Below are positions 10,339 to 20,104 of a stretch of DNA of 64,000 bases, piece after piece. Both the position numbers and the translations under genes were made by a program. The first letter of the stretch is position 1, and each line of letters starts with the position of its first letter. The stretch is from an uncultured delta proteobacterium. Its GTDB lineage: Bacteria > Myxococcota > B64-G9. Under the pieces are notes generated by a model. It was not told the origin of the DNA. It made no database searches and saw only the letters and a program-made list of their open reading frames with translations. Where the stretch lies: NCBI GenBank assembly GCA_963754925.1, contig CAVWHX010000003.1:192001-256000 (forward strand), given 5' to 3'.

Positions 10339-11463
10339 TCAAATGTTCGGGCCTGGCATTGATTTTCGTCCGTCATGCATCCCGCTTCTGGCGGATGTAG
10401 ACCAGGTTGTCTCGCCCTTTCGTTCGGCAATCCATGGAGGAACATCCATGCGAAAGTATGAGGCCAGCTCCAAGAGATAGGGTTCATACATCCGCCGCAG
10501 TTCGGCGAGCCTTTGATACAATTGTTCCCTTTGAATGGCGATGTCCGAAGTGGAAATGATTTCCAGTAACTCGGTCAACTTCTCGGGTGGAAGGCGATCG
10601 TAGTTGGTATCGCTAAATTTTCTTATAAAGATCGCGGAGAGATCGATCAAGGCATGCCGGGTTATCGAGAAGGTAAGTTCGGCCTGGCGTCGGCAGCTTG
10701 CCTCAACGCCCGCCATAATTAGAGCGCACGTATCCAATATGGCCGTCAGGGCCGCCAGCCAGGATTGGTTGTCGTGATGCGAGCGATAATAGGCCAGGAC
10801 CGGATAGGATAGATGTCCTTCTAGGAACTCGGCCGACCATCGCTCCCAGTCCTCCAAAAGCCTGTGAAGCGCCGCTATTCCCTGCTGGCCGTTGTGCCTG
10901 CGCAGCAGTTCCGAAGCAGTGGGAGGCGAGCCGGCGCGGGCATCAAGCAGCGAGACGCCCACTTCGCGGCTCAAAAAGAACTGATTGAGCGTCGGTAGAT
11001 AGCTGATTATCAGGGCCAGAAAGGCAAAGCCCATCCCGGCTTCGACTACCGCCAGAAACCGCGCCAGGCCGTTGTGGGGGACCACATCCCCCATTCCCAG
11101 AGTAAAAAAGGTAGAGCCGCTGAGGTAGAGATCGGCAAGGAACTCGGATGAATTTCCCTGTATCAGGACGGTATCGCCGATCGCCCAATACAGAAGCGCA
11201 AAACCTGAAATCAGAAAGCCGGCCCAAATACTTAACAGGGGAAGCAGGGACATCGGACCAAAAAAACTCAGCCACGTTTCCTGCCATTTCTTGGGGATAA
11301 GTAAATTTGTCGTTTTTGCCCATATCCACCAGGTGCGTCGATAGAAAAGGCGCGTCAAACGGAATCGGCGCTGAACCGGGCGCGGTAAAATGACGGTTTC
11401 GAAGGATTCCCAGAGAATTATTACAATAAGAGCAACGCCGATTACGCTTGCAACGAATGCCAC
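10339..11463 (-). CDS. Potassium channel family protein (Ion_trans_2 pore)
   Basis: LYLSGSTFFTLGMGDVVP pore/filter-like motif between TM helices; HLSYPVLAYYRS in the C-terminal domain. Confidence 0.85.
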   Translation of the reverse strand: MAFVASVIGVALIVIILWESFETVILPRPVQRRFRLTRLFYRRTWWIWAKTTNLLIPKKWQETWLSFFGPMSLLPLLSIWAGFLISGFALLYWAIGDTVLIQGNSSEFLADLYLSGSTFFTLGMGDVVPHNGLARFLAVVEAGMGFAFLALIISYLPTLNQFFLSREVGVSLLDARAGSPPTASELLRRHNGQQGIAALHRLLEDWERWSAEFLEGHLSYPVLAYYRSHHDNQSWLAALTAILDTCALIMAGVEASCRRQAELTFSITRHALIDLSAIFIRKFSDTNYDRLPPEKLTELLEIISTSDIAIQREQLYQRLAELRRMYEPYLLELASYFRMDVPPWIAERKGETTWSTSARSGMHDGRKSMPGPNI

Positions 11464-11745
11464 AGAAGCCTCCGTACATCATAATTATCTAATCTCAAAG
11501 TAGATTTGATTCGGCATTTGTCAATGCAGGCCAGGGGAGAATTCATCGAAGATCGGATTGCGTTAGAGCGCCCAATCTCAATAGGCGATCCAGCAAACTT
11601 TACATCACCTATAAACGATTATACCATTGTCTGTAGGTAACGGGATCTGGGCAAACCGGTTTTTGCCTGTTTTTTAAGGTCGAGACTATGAGATAGTTAT
11701 AGAAACTATTAAGAATAATCGTCGTTCGGGGAGTTGGGGGAAGGC

Positions 11746-12306
11746 ATGCTGCAAGTGAAAGGTAGTATCCTAAAAGGAGCCGTCGAAACCACAAAGGAAA
11801 TTTATGGGGAAAAGGAATACGATCGCCTCGTTAATTTGATCGATAAGAAAGAAAGAGGGATATTCCAGAATCCGATCTCTACCTCAGGATGGTATTCCTT
11901 GGATGCATATACCCAGTTCCTTGATGTGGTCCTGCGTGAAAAACTCGGCGGGAATCCAATGGCGTTGATCAAATCAACGGGAAAGGTAACAGAAAAACAC
12001 CTTCGAGGTATTTATTCGGCGTTTGTGAAAAAAGGTTCGCCGGAATTCTTAATGGAGAAGATATCCGCGTTGCACGCGCTCTTACTGCGAGGTGTAACGA
12101 TTGAGTCCTCGATAATCGCACCGGGGAAGTTCAAGATACGATACGTTGGGTTCGAAAAAAAACACGCAGTATATGAACATAGTCTTATTGGGTTCTATCA
12201 CAAGGCGGCGGAGGTTTATGGAGCGAAAAACGTTAAGGTTGAGTTTATTACTCGAATTTCTGAAGCGAAAGGTTATGCGGAAATAGTTATTACGTGGAAT
12301 AAGTAA
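11746..12306 (+). CDS. TIGR02265/DUF2378-like (V4R/H-NOX-like) protein, paralogue 2
   Basis: MLQVKGSIL...YGEKEY...GWYSLDAY...GIYSAFVKKGSPE...GAKNVKV...ITW. Confidence 0.7.
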   Translation: MLQVKGSILKGAVETTKEIYGEKEYDRLVNLIDKKERGIFQNPISTSGWYSLDAYTQFLDVVLREKLGGNPMALIKSTGKVTEKHLRGIYSAFVKKGSPEFLMEKISALHALLLRGVTIESSIIAPGKFKIRYVGFEKKHAVYEHSLIGFYHKAAEVYGAKNVKVEFITRISEAKGYAEIVITWNK

Positions 12307-12507
12307 TAGAGCTGCTTTGACGTACGAAAAAATCGAATATTAATCGGATAAACGAATCCGAAGAATACATTGGTTCAAGCAAATAGCGATCAATACATCA
12401 CCTTAACATTTGAGAGTTCGAGTCCTTACCCAAAAGATACGGCTTACCAAAAGTCAATCAGGCGGGTTGTGTGAAACGGGTTTTTATTCTTATCAATTTA
12501 GTTTTAC

Positions 12508-12894
12508 TTACTCTGGTGGTGGAGGCGGCTGAATAGTTAAAGGAATACTAGTAGGGTCCTGAAATCCCTCATAGATGTTCGGCTGTTCAGATGGTTCTGG
12601 AATACACTGTGGAACTATACCTGATGTATCGCATCGTTCCCCATCTTGGCATCGTTGCCCGCAGGCACTCGGTTCGCAGAGGCCGGTCGCAGGATTGCAT
12701 TGGGCGCCCTGCATACAGTCCGTATAGCAATCGCCTCCAGCCTTGCGTGCGCCGGCAACGCCTACCGCAAGCGCCGTACTCATAGCCGCTGCAGCACCGG
12801 GGCTAACCATCCCGGGGCGGCAGCAGCCGAATAGCAGTGCAACCACGAGCCACCATGCGGCATTTTTCATGATTTTAACAACCATCAACCACAT
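12508..12894 (-). CDS. Cys-rich exported/lipoprotein of unknown function
   Basis: Signal/lipobox-like LLFGC, eight further Cys, Pro-rich tail. Confidence 0.55.
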   Translation of the reverse strand: MWLMVVKIMKNAAWWLVVALLFGCCRPGMVSPGAAAAMSTALAVGVAGARKAGGDCYTDCMQGAQCNPATGLCEPSACGQRCQDGERCDTSGIVPQCIPEPSEQPNIYEGFQDPTSIPLTIQPPPPPE

Positions 12895-12933
12895 CCTCTG
12901 TACTCATTATATGATGTGTCATTTTCTTTTTTA

Positions 12934-13084
12934 ATGCAACTTCAGAATTGGGTTCAACAAACCGAACATTCCCCCTGGTCGCTAAGAAATCTTTTTGTAG
13001 CATTAGTGTTCAAAGACAAGCTCTGGATGATTGATGGATCTAAAACCGGCGATGTGTGGGTGATGGAGAAGCAGATATCAAATG
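12934..13084 (+). pseudogene. Remnant of a Kelch/beta-propeller repeat protein
   Basis: NWVQQTEHSPWSLRNLFVALVFKDKLWMIDG...GDVWVM resembles a single Kelch-like blade; it abuts the IS. Confidence 0.4.
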
Positions 13085-13088
13085 CCGG

Positions 13089-14688
13089 GGGCCTGTTGCC
13101 CGAATAACTTTTTATCGTGCTCATCCATTCATCCCTATGCTGGATCTGTTTGTATGACACAAATAACCCGCACTTCTTTGATGTACCAGAATAAGCGATG
13201 TACATTGCACCGAAACTTCTGAAGACCTGACATCAACAGATCATAGCTCCAATCTGAATGAAGACTGGCCGCCGCGTAACAGCGCTTGTTGCGGTGTTTG
13301 ATCAACTTGGTGATGTTCTGTATGGTGCAGATAAGATAGTTCTGGATTTCTACTCGCCACAGTCGGCGCCAGCGCGCGCGTTTGTAACCGTACCGCTTCG
13401 CTGCGCCAAACGACCCTTCGCACACATGCTGCCGACGCGCGAGATCCCGACGCGACAACGTCGATTTCGAAGCTCTCACCATCTCGTCCAACTCATCCTG
13501 ACGAAGATGCCGGTGAACTGTTCGACCAGACTTACTCGTCGTACACTGGTCTCTCAATTCGCACATCGCGCAGATTCGCTTCGAAGCGGCATATTCTATG
13601 CTCTGCCGACGGGCGTGCACGGTCCTACGCCTCAACTCCTGGCTCGCGGGGCACACAAACACGTCCCGTTTGGCGTCAAACACAAAGCGGTCTTCCATAA
13701 ACAAGCCGCGCTTCTCCAAACGCTTGTCTGTACCTCCCTGAAATGCCGGAATGTGCGCCTGAATTCCCGCATCCCGGCACGCCAGGTAGTTCTCTTTCGT
13801 TCCATACTTGCTGTCTGCAACTACCGTCTGAACCGACTCCCCCGTGGTCGCCTCGTGGTCTTCCTTAAGCACCATCAATAACTGGTCTTCGCTTACATCA
13901 CCCGGGGTCAACGCCGTCGCTGTGATAATCTCGCTGCTGCCTTCGACCGCTCGATGACTCTGGTACCGCAACTTCGACTCCCCGCGCTTCATCAACGCCG
14001 CATCCGGATCGGTTGCCGATACATAGCGCAGGTTCTCTTCGGTGTACGGTCCCGGTTCTCTCGCGCTCGGCGCTTCGTCGAGCCGTGCTTCGAGTTGCCG
14101 ATACTTCTTTGACAGCTGCTCGTTCAGGTCTCTCGTATCCACAACCGAGTCCTGCGAAGCATCCGCATCGATAAGGCTCGCATCGACGAATATCTTGCGC
14201 CCGTCAACCAGTCCAGCCGCAACACACTGCCTCACCACGCGCTCAAAGAAACGCTGGAACAACTCACGTCCCCAGCGCTTCCGGGCTTTCGAAAGCACGC
14301 TGTGGTTCGGTACTTCATCATCCAGATCGTAGCCAAGGAACCACAACCAATCGAGTCGCTCCGGTAGCGTCTCCATCAGCTCGCGCTCGGAACGAACATT
14401 GTAGAACACCAATAGAAGCATGAGCTTGAGCAGAACAGGAGGAGGCACCGAGACGTTGCCGTTATCGCCGTATGTTTCCACCACTTCTTTGTAGGTGAAA
14501 TCGAAATCGACAACCGTGCTAATCTTCCTCAGAGGATGGTCACGTCGCACTCGCTTGTCCAACTGGAATCCGGTATAGAAGAGTTTGGACTGCGGGGGTG
14601 GCTGATGTCCCATCATCGAAGCACCTCCTGGATGCTCCAGATGATATCATTTTTGATCGAGAATGCTATTGGTTTGGGCAACAGGCCC
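13089..14688 (-). mobile_element. IS1182-family insertion sequence with 4-bp CCGG target duplication
   Basis: Terminal IRs GGGCCTGTTGCCCGAA (13089) / TTTGGGCAACAGGCCC (ends 14688); CCGG at 13085-13088 and 14689-14692. Confidence 0.85.
13135..14616 (-). CDS. IS1182-family DDE transposase
   Basis: DHPLRKI...YNVRSERELM (DUF772-like), VDASLIDADAS, TDPDAA, VADSKYG, Cys-rich CPA...CAMCELRDQCT, EGSFG. Confidence 0.93.
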   Translation of the reverse strand: MMGHQPPPQSKLFYTGFQLDKRVRRDHPLRKISTVVDFDFTYKEVVETYGDNGNVSVPPPVLLKLMLLLVFYNVRSERELMETLPERLDWLWFLGYDLDDEVPNHSVLSKARKRWGRELFQRFFERVVRQCVAAGLVDGRKIFVDASLIDADASQDSVVDTRDLNEQLSKKYRQLEARLDEAPSAREPGPYTEENLRYVSATDPDAALMKRGESKLRYQSHRAVEGSSEIITATALTPGDVSEDQLLMVLKEDHEATTGESVQTVVADSKYGTKENYLACRDAGIQAHIPAFQGGTDKRLEKRGLFMEDRFVFDAKRDVFVCPASQELRRRTVHARRQSIEYAASKRICAMCELRDQCTTSKSGRTVHRHLRQDELDEMVRASKSTLSRRDLARRQHVCEGSFGAAKRYGYKRARWRRLWRVEIQNYLICTIQNITKLIKHRNKRCYAAASLHSDWSYDLLMSGLQKFRCNVHRLFWYIKEVRVICVIQTDPA

Positions 14689-14725
14689 CCGGGCTCTGAC
14701 ATCTGTTTTCGCCGAGATTGTCCGG

Positions 14726-15136
14726 TCACCCGTACGGATTGATCACTTCAAGACCGGGATATTCAAAATCCTTGGCATTCCTGGTGACGAGCGTTAAGTC
14801 GTGATGTAAGGCAGTCGCCGCGAGGAGGCTATCAATGGTTGGAACCGAGCGACCAACCTCGGCAAGAAGCCTCCCCCATCGGTCGGCCACCAAAATATCC
14901 ACCGGCAGCACCCGTCCCTCGAACCATCGCACCAGCTCATGATCGAGCCATACCCGCAATTTCTCCCGCCTCTTTCTGTCGGTAAGCGCCTCAAACCCTT
15001 TGCGAATCTCGCCCAAAGTTAAAACACTTATAAAAAGTTCTTCGCCCGGGATTTGATCGAGCCATGCGATCAGCGCCTTATTCGGATTGTGCCGGATGGT
15101 TTCTGATACCACATTGGTGTCGAGCAGGTAACTCAT
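14726..15136 (-). CDS. vapC: VapC PIN-domain toxin
   Basis: YLLDTNVVSE, ISVLTLGEIRKG, DSLLAATALHHDLTLVTRNAKDF. Confidence 0.93.
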   Translation of the reverse strand: MSYLLDTNVVSETIRHNPNKALIAWLDQIPGEELFISVLTLGEIRKGFEALTDRKRREKLRVWLDHELVRWFEGRVLPVDILVADRWGRLLAEVGRSVPTIDSLLAATALHHDLTLVTRNAKDFEYPGLEVINPYG

Positions 15137-15384
15137 GCTATCTCGACCTCGCGCGTGGAAGTCTGCTTGCGCTCGAGATCAAGCTCCAACCCAAACAGCG
15201 GCGAACGGCGCATGAATGTGACAAAGCTTTCGCGCTGGCGCTTCAACCGCTTATATTCCTTGCTCGAAATGACAACGGCGCTGGGCTGCCCATGAACCGT
15301 AATGCTTTGCGGACCTTCGGTCGCCGCTTTCTTGACGACCTCGCTCAGTCGAGCCTTCGCTTCCTGAAGTTGCCATGTATTCAT
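15133..15384 (-). CDS. Phd/YefM-family antitoxin
   Basis: WQLQEAKARLSEVV...GPQSITVHGQPSAVVIS; 4-bp overlap with vapC. Confidence 0.92.
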   Translation of the reverse strand: MNTWQLQEAKARLSEVVKKAATEGPQSITVHGQPSAVVISSKEYKRLKRQRESFVTFMRRSPLFGLELDLERKQTSTREVEIA

Positions 15385-15401
15385 AGGGACCTCTCATTGA
15401 T

Positions 15402-15423
15402 TCTAGTCAGTCTAGTCAGACTA
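15402..15423 (-). promoter_or_regulatory. Probable TA operator
   Basis: TCTAGTCAG twice in tandem plus the palindrome TAGTC-A-GACTA directly upstream of the antitoxin. Confidence 0.6.
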
Positions 15424-15661
15424 ATATTAAGCTATTCGAGAAGCTGTGTCAAATGGTTAGATGTCCCCTGCGGCTGAATTAGATTCCCAATGGCCGGGAC
15501 AAATGGGTGGTTGTGGTCACCTCGGGCCGGCTTGCCAATACGTCTTGCCAATCGATTGGCTCGCGGGTAGAGGCCTTTGGACTTGTAATCCTGCGGCAAC
15601 CGGTGATAGGCTTTCGTCATTCTGAAGAAGGGACCAATTGTTGCCGGTCAAAGGAGGAATC

Positions 15662-15943
15662 ATGGCGTTGTGTATTATTTGCAATGGCAATGTGGAGGCA
15701 TCCGCTCTTCCTAACGACGATTATGATTTAGAAAGGAAGATTCAAGACTACGCCATGCAAAAAGAAGGAGTGATGATACAAACGGGCCTCGGGACGATTG
15801 ATATCTGCTCAAACTGTCTAAACGCCGTTCTCGAGTGGAATGGCTCGCACGATGCTCCCCAGTATGGACGCCCGTACAATAAACTTGAGGCTCGGTATAG
15901 ATATGGAGCTGTCGTACCCATAAGCGGTTATCGAAAAAAATAG
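15662..15943 (+). CDS. Small putative Zn-binding hypothetical protein
   Basis: AAGGAGG RBS; CIIC and CSNC motifs. Confidence 0.6.
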   Translation: MALCIICNGNVEASALPNDDYDLERKIQDYAMQKEGVMIQTGLGTIDICSNCLNAVLEWNGSHDAPQYGRPYNKLEARYRYGAVVPISGYRKK

Positions 15944-16025
15944 GCGTCCTGTTGGTATTGGAACGTTGCGTTACCATTCATTTTCCCGATTTCTTGAGAG
16001 AATAGCCCAGAAAACAGAAAAAATA

Positions 16026-16081
16026 GGTGTCGCCCTCTTAGAAACTTTTTTATTATGGTGGGTTGCGGATCGGGTGGCACC
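16026..16081 (+). repeat. Hairpin repeat family B, copy 1
   Basis: GGTGTCGCCC...AT-rich loop...GTTGCGGATCGGGTGGCACC. Confidence 0.7.
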
Positions 16082-16203
16082 GGTTCGGATTCTTTCGGTA
16101 ATTGCGGAGAGGTTGGCAGCTTGGTCTGGGCATCATGTCGGCCGGTATCGGCTTGCACCTTAGTCTCTGGTCAGGTGCAGTTGCCCCCACCGTGAATGAA
16201 TTC

Positions 16204-17961
16204 TTAAGCATTTTTAACGCGTAACAGCGCCAATACAAGTAAGACATGCAATAATCTGTCGGCTACGATTTTAGTCATGTACTCATAATGTACTATACCA
16301 TGACAAACATCATTTCTAATGTTCCATCCGCGTTGATCTGTTAACAAGGTTCGCATATAAAAAGTAACATCCTCCCCAAGAATACCTTCTACTTCTTCGC
16401 TTCGAAGAAGTTCGTCAAGCGTCCTTAGAAGAAATCCGCCGCCTCTAGCGGACTTCAAAACAACGCCGCCAGATATCTCAAGCAAATTTCTAATTGCCGC
16501 CTCTATTTGAGGAATTAACAGATGAATAGAAACATTGTACTGTTTTTGTAAATATGCGTTGATTCCTTCAATAAGAAAACTCTTTTGTTGCTCAATAAAT
16601 ATTGGCGCCATAAGCAGATAATCAACCAAACTGGTATGTGTAATTTTGTAATGCTCAATCGATTTATTAAGGACACCATCTAAAAATATTGACGAAATAG
16701 ACATATTTTGAGACATCTGTTGAACGATATTTCCGTCAAGATCGTCCTCAAGAGAACCAACACTTGCTATATGTCTTCCTTCTTGATCAAGAACTTGCTT
16801 TGTTAATAAAAAACTCAATGGTGCACTCTTTGCCAACTCAGTCAACTGCACTTGAATCTTACCTTTTTCTGGAATGAAGTGAACTGCAATTAATTTAAGA
16901 GATTGCCCCATTTCTCCTTTTACGAACTGATCAACAAATTGATCGAATTTCTGCTGAGGAATTTTCATTTCGTGAGAAATTAATCTCATACTATCACGTA
17001 CTTTTGGTCCTAGGCCTCGAATGTCTTTAGACACGCGTTCTACGGCAGATTTTAAATTATATTGTAAATATATTTGATAAATATGTTCCAGATAAGATAT
17101 CGCAACCAAAGGCTCAGCCTTAATTGCGGCGCTTTCAAATGCGGCGCCAAGGTCACCAATTACTCGAGCTACTTCTTCGTTTAGACCTTTCGATCGGTAG
17201 TATCGGGCAAGTCTTTCAGCTGCCTTTTCACATTTCCAGGGATCAAAACTCCTTAATTTTTGAAGCCTCTCTTCCAAACCTTGAATTATTGCATTTTCTT
17301 CATTCTCTGTAAGATCGATCTTTCTTTTTTCAATAAGAAGATCAAAACTGGTACCCCAAAGACCGGCCTTGGAATCATCGGTAATATTTGATTCAAATTC
17401 AAGAATTACCTTTTTTATACGAAGAACTAGATTGGGTTTATTAATAGATAATGAGATTGATAACGAACGCTCTAATTTATGAACAACGTCGATCTCAAAT
17501 TTATATAAATGCTTTTTTATGATTTTCATCAAATTGGATACACAATCTGTTGCAAATTTAATATCAGGAGATATCCCTGTGATTTGTTTATTCATATCCC
17601 AGATAAGTCCTGTATATCTGGCTCTGAGTAAAGGATTACGTGCGTTTTTGGCTCGCCTCTTCCAATAATTAATAGTTAATTCATCGACCTGAAGTATACT
17701 CGGATATTCGACTTTTTGACCATCTTTCGTTACTCCAACAATTAATGGTCCGAAATATGTTCCCCATCCATCTTGTCTATCGTTACTGTTTTCGCAAAAA
17801 GAGAACGCCAACGTTTCGTATTTCCATTCGAGGCATGGCTCAGCTTTATCGTCTGCATTTTGTAGTTTTTCAAGTTCCGTTGCTATTTCATGTTCTGTCA
17901 CGCCCTTAATGTTTTCGAGTTCAGCAAGGTTGGCGTTAAGAGATTTGATTGATGGGTTCAT
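16204..17961 (-). CDS. DUF4209-type protein with C-terminal HEPN-like RxxxxH motif
   Basis: HLLIPQIEAAIR...TLDELL...GWNIRNDVCHG; visibly AT-rich relative to the core genes. Confidence 0.75.
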   Translation of the reverse strand: MNPSIKSLNANLAELENIKGVTEHEIATELEKLQNADDKAEPCLEWKYETLAFSFCENSNDRQDGWGTYFGPLIVGVTKDGQKVEYPSILQVDELTINYWKRRAKNARNPLLRARYTGLIWDMNKQITGISPDIKFATDCVSNLMKIIKKHLYKFEIDVVHKLERSLSISLSINKPNLVLRIKKVILEFESNITDDSKAGLWGTSFDLLIEKRKIDLTENEENAIIQGLEERLQKLRSFDPWKCEKAAERLARYYRSKGLNEEVARVIGDLGAAFESAAIKAEPLVAISYLEHIYQIYLQYNLKSAVERVSKDIRGLGPKVRDSMRLISHEMKIPQQKFDQFVDQFVKGEMGQSLKLIAVHFIPEKGKIQVQLTELAKSAPLSFLLTKQVLDQEGRHIASVGSLEDDLDGNIVQQMSQNMSISSIFLDGVLNKSIEHYKITHTSLVDYLLMAPIFIEQQKSFLIEGINAYLQKQYNVSIHLLIPQIEAAIRNLLEISGGVVLKSARGGGFLLRTLDELLRSEEVEGILGEDVTFYMRTLLTDQRGWNIRNDVCHGIVHYEYMTKIVADRLLHVLLVLALLRVKNA

Positions 17962-18014
17962 ATTTAAACTCCTAAAAAAGATTCATGAGGTACCAAAAGA
18001 TGTGCCTCAAAACA

Positions 18015-18081
18015 GGTGCCACTCTCTAAGAAAACTGTTGTCTTATGGTATGTGGCAATCGGTTGCTGATAGGCAGGCACG
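18015..18081 (+). repeat. Hairpin repeat family B, copy 2 (degenerate)
   Basis: AAAACAGGTGCCACTCTCTAAGAAAACT...TTATGGT...GGTTGCTGATAGGCAGGCAC. Confidence 0.5.
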
Positions 18082-18101
18082 CCGGTCTGGTAGTGATGAG
18101 C

Positions 18102-18731
18102 TTATTTCAAGGTATCAGGGTTTGACCCCTCTTTCTCCTCTTTCTTCTGCTTCCGACCTCGCTCAACACGAGCGGGTAAAACGTAGAGAAATTGCACAAG
18201 AGCATTAGCGAACTCGATTACCTTCTCTGCATCCGCAGCACTCGGCAAAAAAGCTCCTTCATCGGCATGGCGTTGATCATTTGCGTCGAGCCGAATATCA
18301 TGCGCCCAAGCGGCCATCTCATCAGTTATGATGTGATCCTCGGCCGCTGAATCAATGCGTGTTTTAAGGTTCCCTTCCTTATACCCTTTGTCTTTCAGCA
18401 TTGCGTCAACGGCGCTTGCTGTAAGCATCACCGCACCCGCAGGGGCATGAAGGCTGGAGATAGCCTGGGATAAGAAATCCCGCGCACGGGCAGGCACTTC
18501 ATCTGCGACCGTCTGAGGTACCGGCCATATATGGGTGATTTCATGGCTCTGATTTATTGGTGACACCGCCAATACGACGCCACCACAAGTCCTGCACTGG
18601 TACGTCGACCAGAATCGTTGGTTCGCGTTTGTATGGTCAACCGAAGTTCCCGCCCAGATTAAAACCAGTAAGGGATTTGCAATGTTGCAGTGCGGGCAGC
18701 GATCAAGAACAAGCTGATTTCCCTGATTCAT
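18102..18731 (-). CDS. Zn-ribbon + DUF4145 (HEPN-like) protein
   Basis: CPHC...CRTC; AVMLTASAVDAMLKDKGY...LKTRID...WAHDIRLDANDQRHAD. Confidence 0.8.
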   Translation of the reverse strand: MNQGNQLVLDRCPHCNIANPLLVLIWAGTSVDHTNANQRFWSTYQCRTCGGVVLAVSPINQSHEITHIWPVPQTVADEVPARARDFLSQAISSLHAPAGAVMLTASAVDAMLKDKGYKEGNLKTRIDSAAEDHIITDEMAAWAHDIRLDANDQRHADEGAFLPSAADAEKVIEFANALVQFLYVLPARVERGRKQKKEEKEGSNPDTLK

Positions 18732-19094
18732 TGGTCCTCCGCTATCCTTTGTTTATCTCAACTACTATCATATAGTTTTTATGATTTCGCGAAATAAGAC
18801 TGTTTCCATATATTTCCTCTGATCGTTTTTCGGTTTATTAGCTTAACTTACGGTAATATAATATTATGTTCCTCATTATCGATTATGATGGCTTCCGGTT
18901 TATACAGTCTGTATTAGACGAATAAAAGACCATTGAAGTAACCCCGAAATTCACGGCCTCTGTTATTTTGTTCAAAGATAATTATGTAATTTGAGAGGGA
19001 TATGTTTTCATTGATAGTAGTCGAAGTTGGAAATGTCGTCAAAAAATCTACGGCGAGTACCCGCGAGCCTACACTGGCACGTGGCGCGTGGGCC

Positions 19095-19160
19095 AAAACA
19101 TGTGCCACCCGTTTATAAAACTATATTATTACAATTGGTTGCAGATCGGGCGGTACTTAG
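19095..19160 (+). repeat. Hairpin repeat family B, copy 3
   Basis: AAAACATGTGCCACCCGTTTATAAAACTATATTATTACAATTGGTTGCAGATCGGGCGGTACTTAG; near-identical to 20836-20901. Confidence 0.85.
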
Positions 19161-19200
19161 TGCGGGGAAAAACAGGCGGAAGTTTCGGATGAACTCGTTT

Positions 19201-19231
19201 GATGGGTTACGCTTTGCTTCACCCATCCTAC
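19201..19231 (-). repeat. GTAG-type REP palindrome, copy 1
   Basis: Minus strand GTAGGATGGGTGAAGCAAAGCGTAACCCATC (GTAG tetranucleotide + GATGGGT/ACCCATC stem). Confidence 0.85.
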
Positions 19232-19244
19232 CTAATGATACCTA

Positions 19245-19322
19245 TCACGCCATCTCAAGCAACGCCTTCGGATTTTTATCGGCGATCATCAACAATGTTC
19301 GAGCCGCACCGGAGGGCGCGCG
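19245..19322 (-). pseudogene. 3' remnant of a HigA/NadS-like HTH antitoxin
   Basis: Reads RAPSGAARTLLMIADKNPKALLEMA*, the typical C-terminus of XRE-HTH antitoxins; 5' part absent. Confidence 0.6.
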
Positions 19323-19332
19323 GTGGGCAGCA

Positions 19333-19665
19333 TCACGCTGCATGTTTTTTCGGAGTTTTTGATTTGGTTTTTTGTACCGCCCCAGCATGTAATTTCAAGC
19401 CGAGTGCGTTTATCACTTTAAGAATTGTATCGAAGCCCGGGCTTCTTTCCCCCGAAAGCGCTTTGTAAAGACTTTCGCGCGATAAGCCGGCATCCCGCGC
19501 CACTTGAGACATGCCCTTAGCCCTGGCGATATCTCCAAGAGCTTTAGCAATGAAAGCCGCATCCCCCTGCGCCTCTTCAATGCATGCTTCGAGATACGCA
19601 GCCATTTCCTCCAGCGTACGAAGATGCTCGGAGACATCGTATCGGGTCGTAATGGTTTTTGCCAT
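19333..19665 (-). CDS. Addiction-module antidote protein (HI1420-like HTH)
   Basis: YDVSEHLRT.EEMAAYLEAC...ALGDIARAKGMSQVARDAGLSRESLYKALSG. Confidence 0.92.
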   Translation of the reverse strand: MAKTITTRYDVSEHLRTLEEMAAYLEACIEEAQGDAAFIAKALGDIARAKGMSQVARDAGLSRESLYKALSGERSPGFDTILKVINALGLKLHAGAVQKTKSKTPKKHAA

Positions 19666-19676
19666 GATAGGTACTC

Positions 19677-19966
19677 CTATAAATTTTTCGCCAGGCGCAA
19701 GGCAGTTTTAATATCCTTAGCTTGTGTGCTCTTGTCCCCACCAGCCAGCAAAATTACCACTGATCGCCCGTACCGTTTAAAATAAATTCGATAGCCGGGT
19801 CCGTATTTGATTCGCAACTCTGAAACTCCTTCGCCGATAGGTTTACATCCCCAGGATTCCCTGCAATTAAACGTTCAATCCTTACCAAAACACGCGAACG
19901 CGCGCGGATGTCATCCAACTCATCGAGCCATTGAGCGAAAACCTCAGTCTTACGAATTTCAATCAC
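19677..19966 (-). CDS. Addiction-module killer protein (HI1419-like RelE/ParE), frameshifted near 19843
   Basis: MIEIRKTEVFAQWLDEL...GNPGDV; adding one A (gtaaa[a]cct) continues KPIGEGVSELRIKYGPGYRIYF...LLAGGDKSTQAKDI to TAG 19677. Confidence 0.85.
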
Positions 19967-20073
19967 AACCCGGTTGTAGCCTATTGGCTACAGATTGTCA
20001 AGGAACATTCACGTGCGATGAGGTGATATTTTTATTTTTGAAAAACGGGCAGGAGTTTCGGATGAACTCGTTT

Positions 20074-20104
20074 GATGGGTTGCGCTTTGCTTCACCCATC
20101 CCAC
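20074..20104 (-). repeat. GTAG-type REP palindrome, copy 2
   Basis: GTGGGATGGGTGAAGCAAAGCGCAACCCATC, part of a ~67-bp direct repeat (19167-19233 vs 20041-20107). Confidence 0.85.

Noticed and set aside
11640..11700. c-di-GMP-I riboswitch (GGGCAAACC)
   Set aside because: The downstream GAAA-loop/GACGCAAAGC and P2 elements are missing; this is only a small hairpin
12410..12432. tRNA or tRNA-derived att site (GAGAGTTCGAGTCCTT)
   Set aside because: Only an imperfect T-arm-like string; no cloverleaf, CCA end or integrase
19027..19362. ORF sharing peptide similarity with the ORFs at 19807 and 20804 (N-terminus)
   Set aside because: The similarity is just translation of the DNA repeats (family B and REP), not a protein family
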